Assembly (NCBI GenBank): GCA_040755995.1
Contig: JBFMAF010000036.1
Coordinates: forward strand, 96,001 to 160,000
Source of the DNA: Acidobacteriota bacterium
Lineage (GTDB): Bacteria; Acidobacteriota; CAIWXX01
Reading direction: 5' to 3'
DNA length: 64,000 bases
This document shows positions 61,238 through 64,000 of the stretch, piece by piece (within the stretch, counting starts at the first letter, position 1; every line of letters starts with the position of its first letter). Below the pieces are notes generated by a model. It worked only from the letters and a program-made list of their open reading frames with translations, did not search any database and was not told the origin of the DNA. The position numbers and the translations under genes are program-made.

Positions 61238-61678
61238 CTAGTACCGGGTGGGCAGCTTGACCGCCTCAGGAGCCTGCGCCGTGTGTGGATGGGTGGCTCC
61301 GCGGTACACCTTCAGCCGCGTCCGCAACTGCTTGCCCAGCTTGTTCTTGGGCAGCATCCCGAAGACGGCCAGCTCGACCACCTTCTCCGGCGATCGCGCA
61401 AACAGACTCTCCAGGCTCTCTTCCTTCATGCCTCCCGGATAGCCAGAGTATCGGTAGTACTTCTTACCGGTCATCCGCTTGCCCGTGAACTTTATCTTCT
61501 CAGCATTGACGACTATCACACCGTCGCCCATCGGCAGGAACGGCGAGTACTCCGCCTTGTCCTTTCCCATCAGGATGTGCGCGGCGACAGTGGCGAGACG
61601 GCCGAGGACCACGTTCTCCCCATCCAATAGCTTCCACCCGAGAGAAACATCCCCAGCCTTCGGAAAATATGTCCTCAT
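61238..61678 (-). CDS. rplM: 50S ribosomal protein L13
   Basis: VLGRLA, GYPGG, GMLPKNKLG, HPHTAQ. Confidence 0.98.
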   Translation of the reverse strand: MRTYFPKAGDVSLGWKLLDGENVVLGRLATVAAHILMGKDKAEYSPFLPMGDGVIVVNAEKIKFTGKRMTGKKYYRYSGYPGGMKEESLESLFARSPEKVVELAVFGMLPKNKLGKQLRTRLKVYRGATHPHTAQAPEAVKLPTRY

Positions 61679-61713
61679 AACCTGTGCGTCTCCTCCACAG
61701 AGTGCAAATGGGA

Positions 61714-61742
61714 AGCCTACCCCAGACACCCTGGTATGTCAA
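61714..61742 (-). promoter_or_regulatory. sigma70 promoter of rplM operon
   Basis: TTGACA-N17-TAGGCT. Confidence 0.7.
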
Positions 61743-62184
61743 GAGATTTCGGCGTTCCGGCGTGCCTGTGCGCGTCGCTCGTAGGCGGGGGACGACCGTC
61801 GGCGTAAGGACGCGCGGCGCGCGCCCTGGCGGCCCGCAGACGGGAGGCGCGGGCATCTACGTGCAAGAGAACGAGCTCGTGCGGATCCCGTGTGCCACAT
61901 CTCGAAACGGACCGCCGAATTTCGGATTGACGGGCCGGGCCGGTCCGGGCTATTGTGTTGTCGTTCAGGGGAGGAGTTTGGCACATCACTTCGGGCTGAA
62001 CCGTCCGACGCAGCCGCGGGTATGCAAAGGCTCTGTGAGCTTGAGGCGAAAGACGTGTCGCGATTGAATCAAGTTCTTGGACCGGTGCATCATCGCTGCA
62101 CGGGAGCCGTCCCCTCTCTACGCGAGGCGCGGCCAGAGCGGCCTCGCATGCTTCACCGGCCCCAGGCCGCGGCTTGCTAATATC

Positions 62185-64000
62185 ATGTGGGGCTGCTATC
62201 TGAAGATCGACGGCGAGATCCTGCAGGACGCGATCCTGCTGGATGTGGAGGTGACGCAGGAGCTCAATCGACATTGGCGGTGTCGAGTGGATTGCCACGA
62301 GGCGGAGGACAAGCGATTCCCGGTAGAGGACTGGCTGGGCAAGGACCTGCAGGTGATCGTGCGCGACCAGGATGACGCCGAGCACGTCGTGTTCGATGGA
62401 TTCGTACTGGAGTCGGGGCTGGAGCACGAGGTATTCGGCTGCTACATGGCCTCGATCGCCGGCGTGACCAGGTCACACAAGATGGACCTGACCCCGCGGC
62501 AGGCCTACTACACCGGCAAGACCATGGAGGACCTGGCAGGCGAATTTGCAGGCAACGCCGGGCTGGACGCTGAGGTGAAATGGTCGGCGAAGCCCGCTCT
62601 GGACTACGTGCAATGGGGCGAGACGGACTGGCGGTTCCTGCTGCGCCTGCTCGATGACAGCGATTGCTGGATTCGCCCCACCGCGAGCGGCATAGAGATC
62701 AGCGACTCCTTCAAGGACGCCGGCACGAAATTGCAGTGGCGCGGCGAGAGCGGGGAGAAGGGGCTCTTGAGCTTCAAGGTCAAGGGCAGGCTCACCCAGC
62801 CGTCCTTCGACGGTGCGCACTATCACGCGGCGAAGATGGAGAGCGCGACCTTTTCACAGATCAGTCAGGAGCCGACCTACTACGGCTCCAGCGGGTCCAT
62901 GGTGGACGCCGCCCAGCGCGCGTCAAAAGACAAGATGCTTACCGGATATCGTCCTACGCGCCGCCGGGCCGATTCGCTCGATGGATATGAGAAGATCCTG
63001 AAGAGCGAGAGCGAAAGATCGATCGGCAGCAGTGTCGTCGCATCGGGCGTCAGCAAGAATCCCGAGCTGGCTCCGGGCAACGAAGTCTCGATCGACGGGG
63101 TGCTCGACGCGAAGGGCAGCTATGGGTTGACCCGGGTCGTTCATCGTTGGACGCCGACGGGCTACGTAAACGAGTTCTCGTCGACACCGTGGAAAGCATA
63201 CCGCGAGCCGCATCCGGCCCCGCCCGATGAGTTTTGCGGCTTCACGCCGGCCCGCGTTGTTGCCAACGCCGACCCCGAGAGCCGCGGGCGATTGCAGGTT
63301 CAGTACTACTGGCAGGAGCAGAATCAGACGCGGTGGGCGCGCAGGATGACGCCTCACGCCGGCTCTGACCGCGGGTTCTACTTCACGCCGGAGATCGGCG
63401 ACGAGGTGCTCGTGGGGTTCCAGGAAGGCGACCCTGAACGGCCCGTGGTCCTGGGGTGTCTGTGGAACGGTGTCGACCGCGCGCCGGTCGAGGAGTTCTG
63501 GGGTGGTGAACATGGCGGGGACGACGTCAAGCGGATCGTGACCAAGAGCGGCCATCGGATCCAGATCGTCGACAAGGACGGCAAGGAGTCTATCGTCATC
63601 GCCACGCCGAACGAGTTGAAGGTCTCGATGATCGAGAAGACCGATGAGACCGGCCGCTCGATGATCACGCTGCACACCGAGAGCGGCGACATCTTCGTGA
63701 GTGCGCCGAACGGGCGTGTGCATTTCCACAGCAAGTTCTTCACGCGCGAAGTCGGCGTTGCGAGTGCAGCGGCCGCAGCGGCTCCATCGGCCGGTGGGGA
63801 GGAGAAGACGTCCTGGGTCGAGATCGAGATGGTGGACGAGGAGGGCAACCCGGTCGCGGGCGAACGATACCGGGTGACGCTGCCCGACGGGAGTGTGGTC
63901 GAAGGCACGCTGAATCGTCAGGGGTTGGCGCGTATCGACGGCATCGACCCGGGAACCTGCCAGATCACCTTTCCGAGCCTGGACCAGGAGGCCTGGGAGA
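62185..64000 (+). CDS. vgrG: VgrG / baseplate spike protein with C-terminal transthyretin-like extension (runs off window)
   Basis: Manual translation from ATG 62185 stays open to the end: QWGETDWRFLLRL, DPESRGRLQV, PEIGDEVLVGF..GDPERPVVLG.LWNG, TKSGHRI. Confidence 0.9.
   Translation, partial: MWGCYLKIDGEILQDAILLDVEVTQELNRHWRCRVDCHEAEDKRFPVEDWLGKDLQVIVRDQDDAEHVVFDGFVLESGLEHEVFGCYMASIAGVTRSHKMDLTPRQAYYTGKTMEDLAGEFAGNAGLDAEVKWSAKPALDYVQWGETDWRFLLRLLDDSDCWIRPTASGIEISDSFKDAGTKLQWRGESGEKGLLSFKVKGRLTQPSFDGAHYHAAKMESATFSQISQEPTYYGSSGSMVDAAQRASKDKMLTGYRPTRRRADSLDGYEKILKSESERSIGSSVVASGVSKNPELAPGNEVSIDGVLDAKGSYGLTRVVHRWTPTGYVNEFSSTPWKAYREPHPAPPDEFCGFTPARVVANADPESRGRLQVQYYWQEQNQTRWARRMTPHAGSDRGFYFTPEIGDEVLVGFQEGDPERPVVLGCLWNGVDRAPVEEFWGGEHGGDDVKRIVTKSGHRIQIVDKDGKESIVIATPNELKVSMIEKTDETGRSMITLHTESGDIFVSAPNGRVHFHSKFFTREVGVASAAAAAAPSAGGEEKTSWVEIEMVDEEGNPVAGERYRVTLPDGSVVEGTLNRQGLARIDGIDPGTCQITFPSLDQEAWE

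Noticed and set aside
61979..61996. Possible sigma54 promoter upstream of vgrG (TGGCACATCACTTCG)
   Set aside because: The -12 position reads CG rather than the required GC
62473..63908. Minus-strand ORFs near the right edge
   Set aside because: Antisense shadows of vgrG
1..64000. tRNA, rRNA, CRISPR array, transposase, integrase or reverse transcriptase
   Set aside because: No diagnostic sequence or motif found by eye

Overview
GC-rich bacterial genomic window. The Hanks kinases, CHAT/TPR and outer-membrane proteins, short EF-Ts and rplM-rpsI-rpsB-tsf-pyrH-frr order suggest a diderm such as Acidobacteriota (inference). It carries three Ser/Thr kinases, a CHAT-TPR protein, two type II TA pairs, and an eroded island at ~7.9-14.2 kb (truncated P-loop NTPase, TIR gene with in-frame stop, frameshifted pentapeptide gene). 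It also has a kinase/sigma54-activator locus with a downstream -24/-12 promoter, a Lol-like ABC plus LytS/LytTR cluster, a C10 protease, an ECF sigma operon, the translation cluster, and a VgrG running off the right edge that the ORF track misses. The best candidate for an undescribed system is a seven-gene minus-strand operon (39413-47672). It encodes two zinc-ribbon membrane proteins, a Zn-ribbon/L7-L12-CTD/degenerate Hsp70-NBD fusion, a 1127-aa HerA/FtsK-like ATPase, and three small charged proteins sharing an RFRxAxxxTxxExxxxLxRAF-type motif. Several genes look internally deleted or reduced to stubs. No tRNA, rRNA, CRISPR array, transposase or reverse transcriptase was seen. All family assignments are motif recognition by eye, not database searches.
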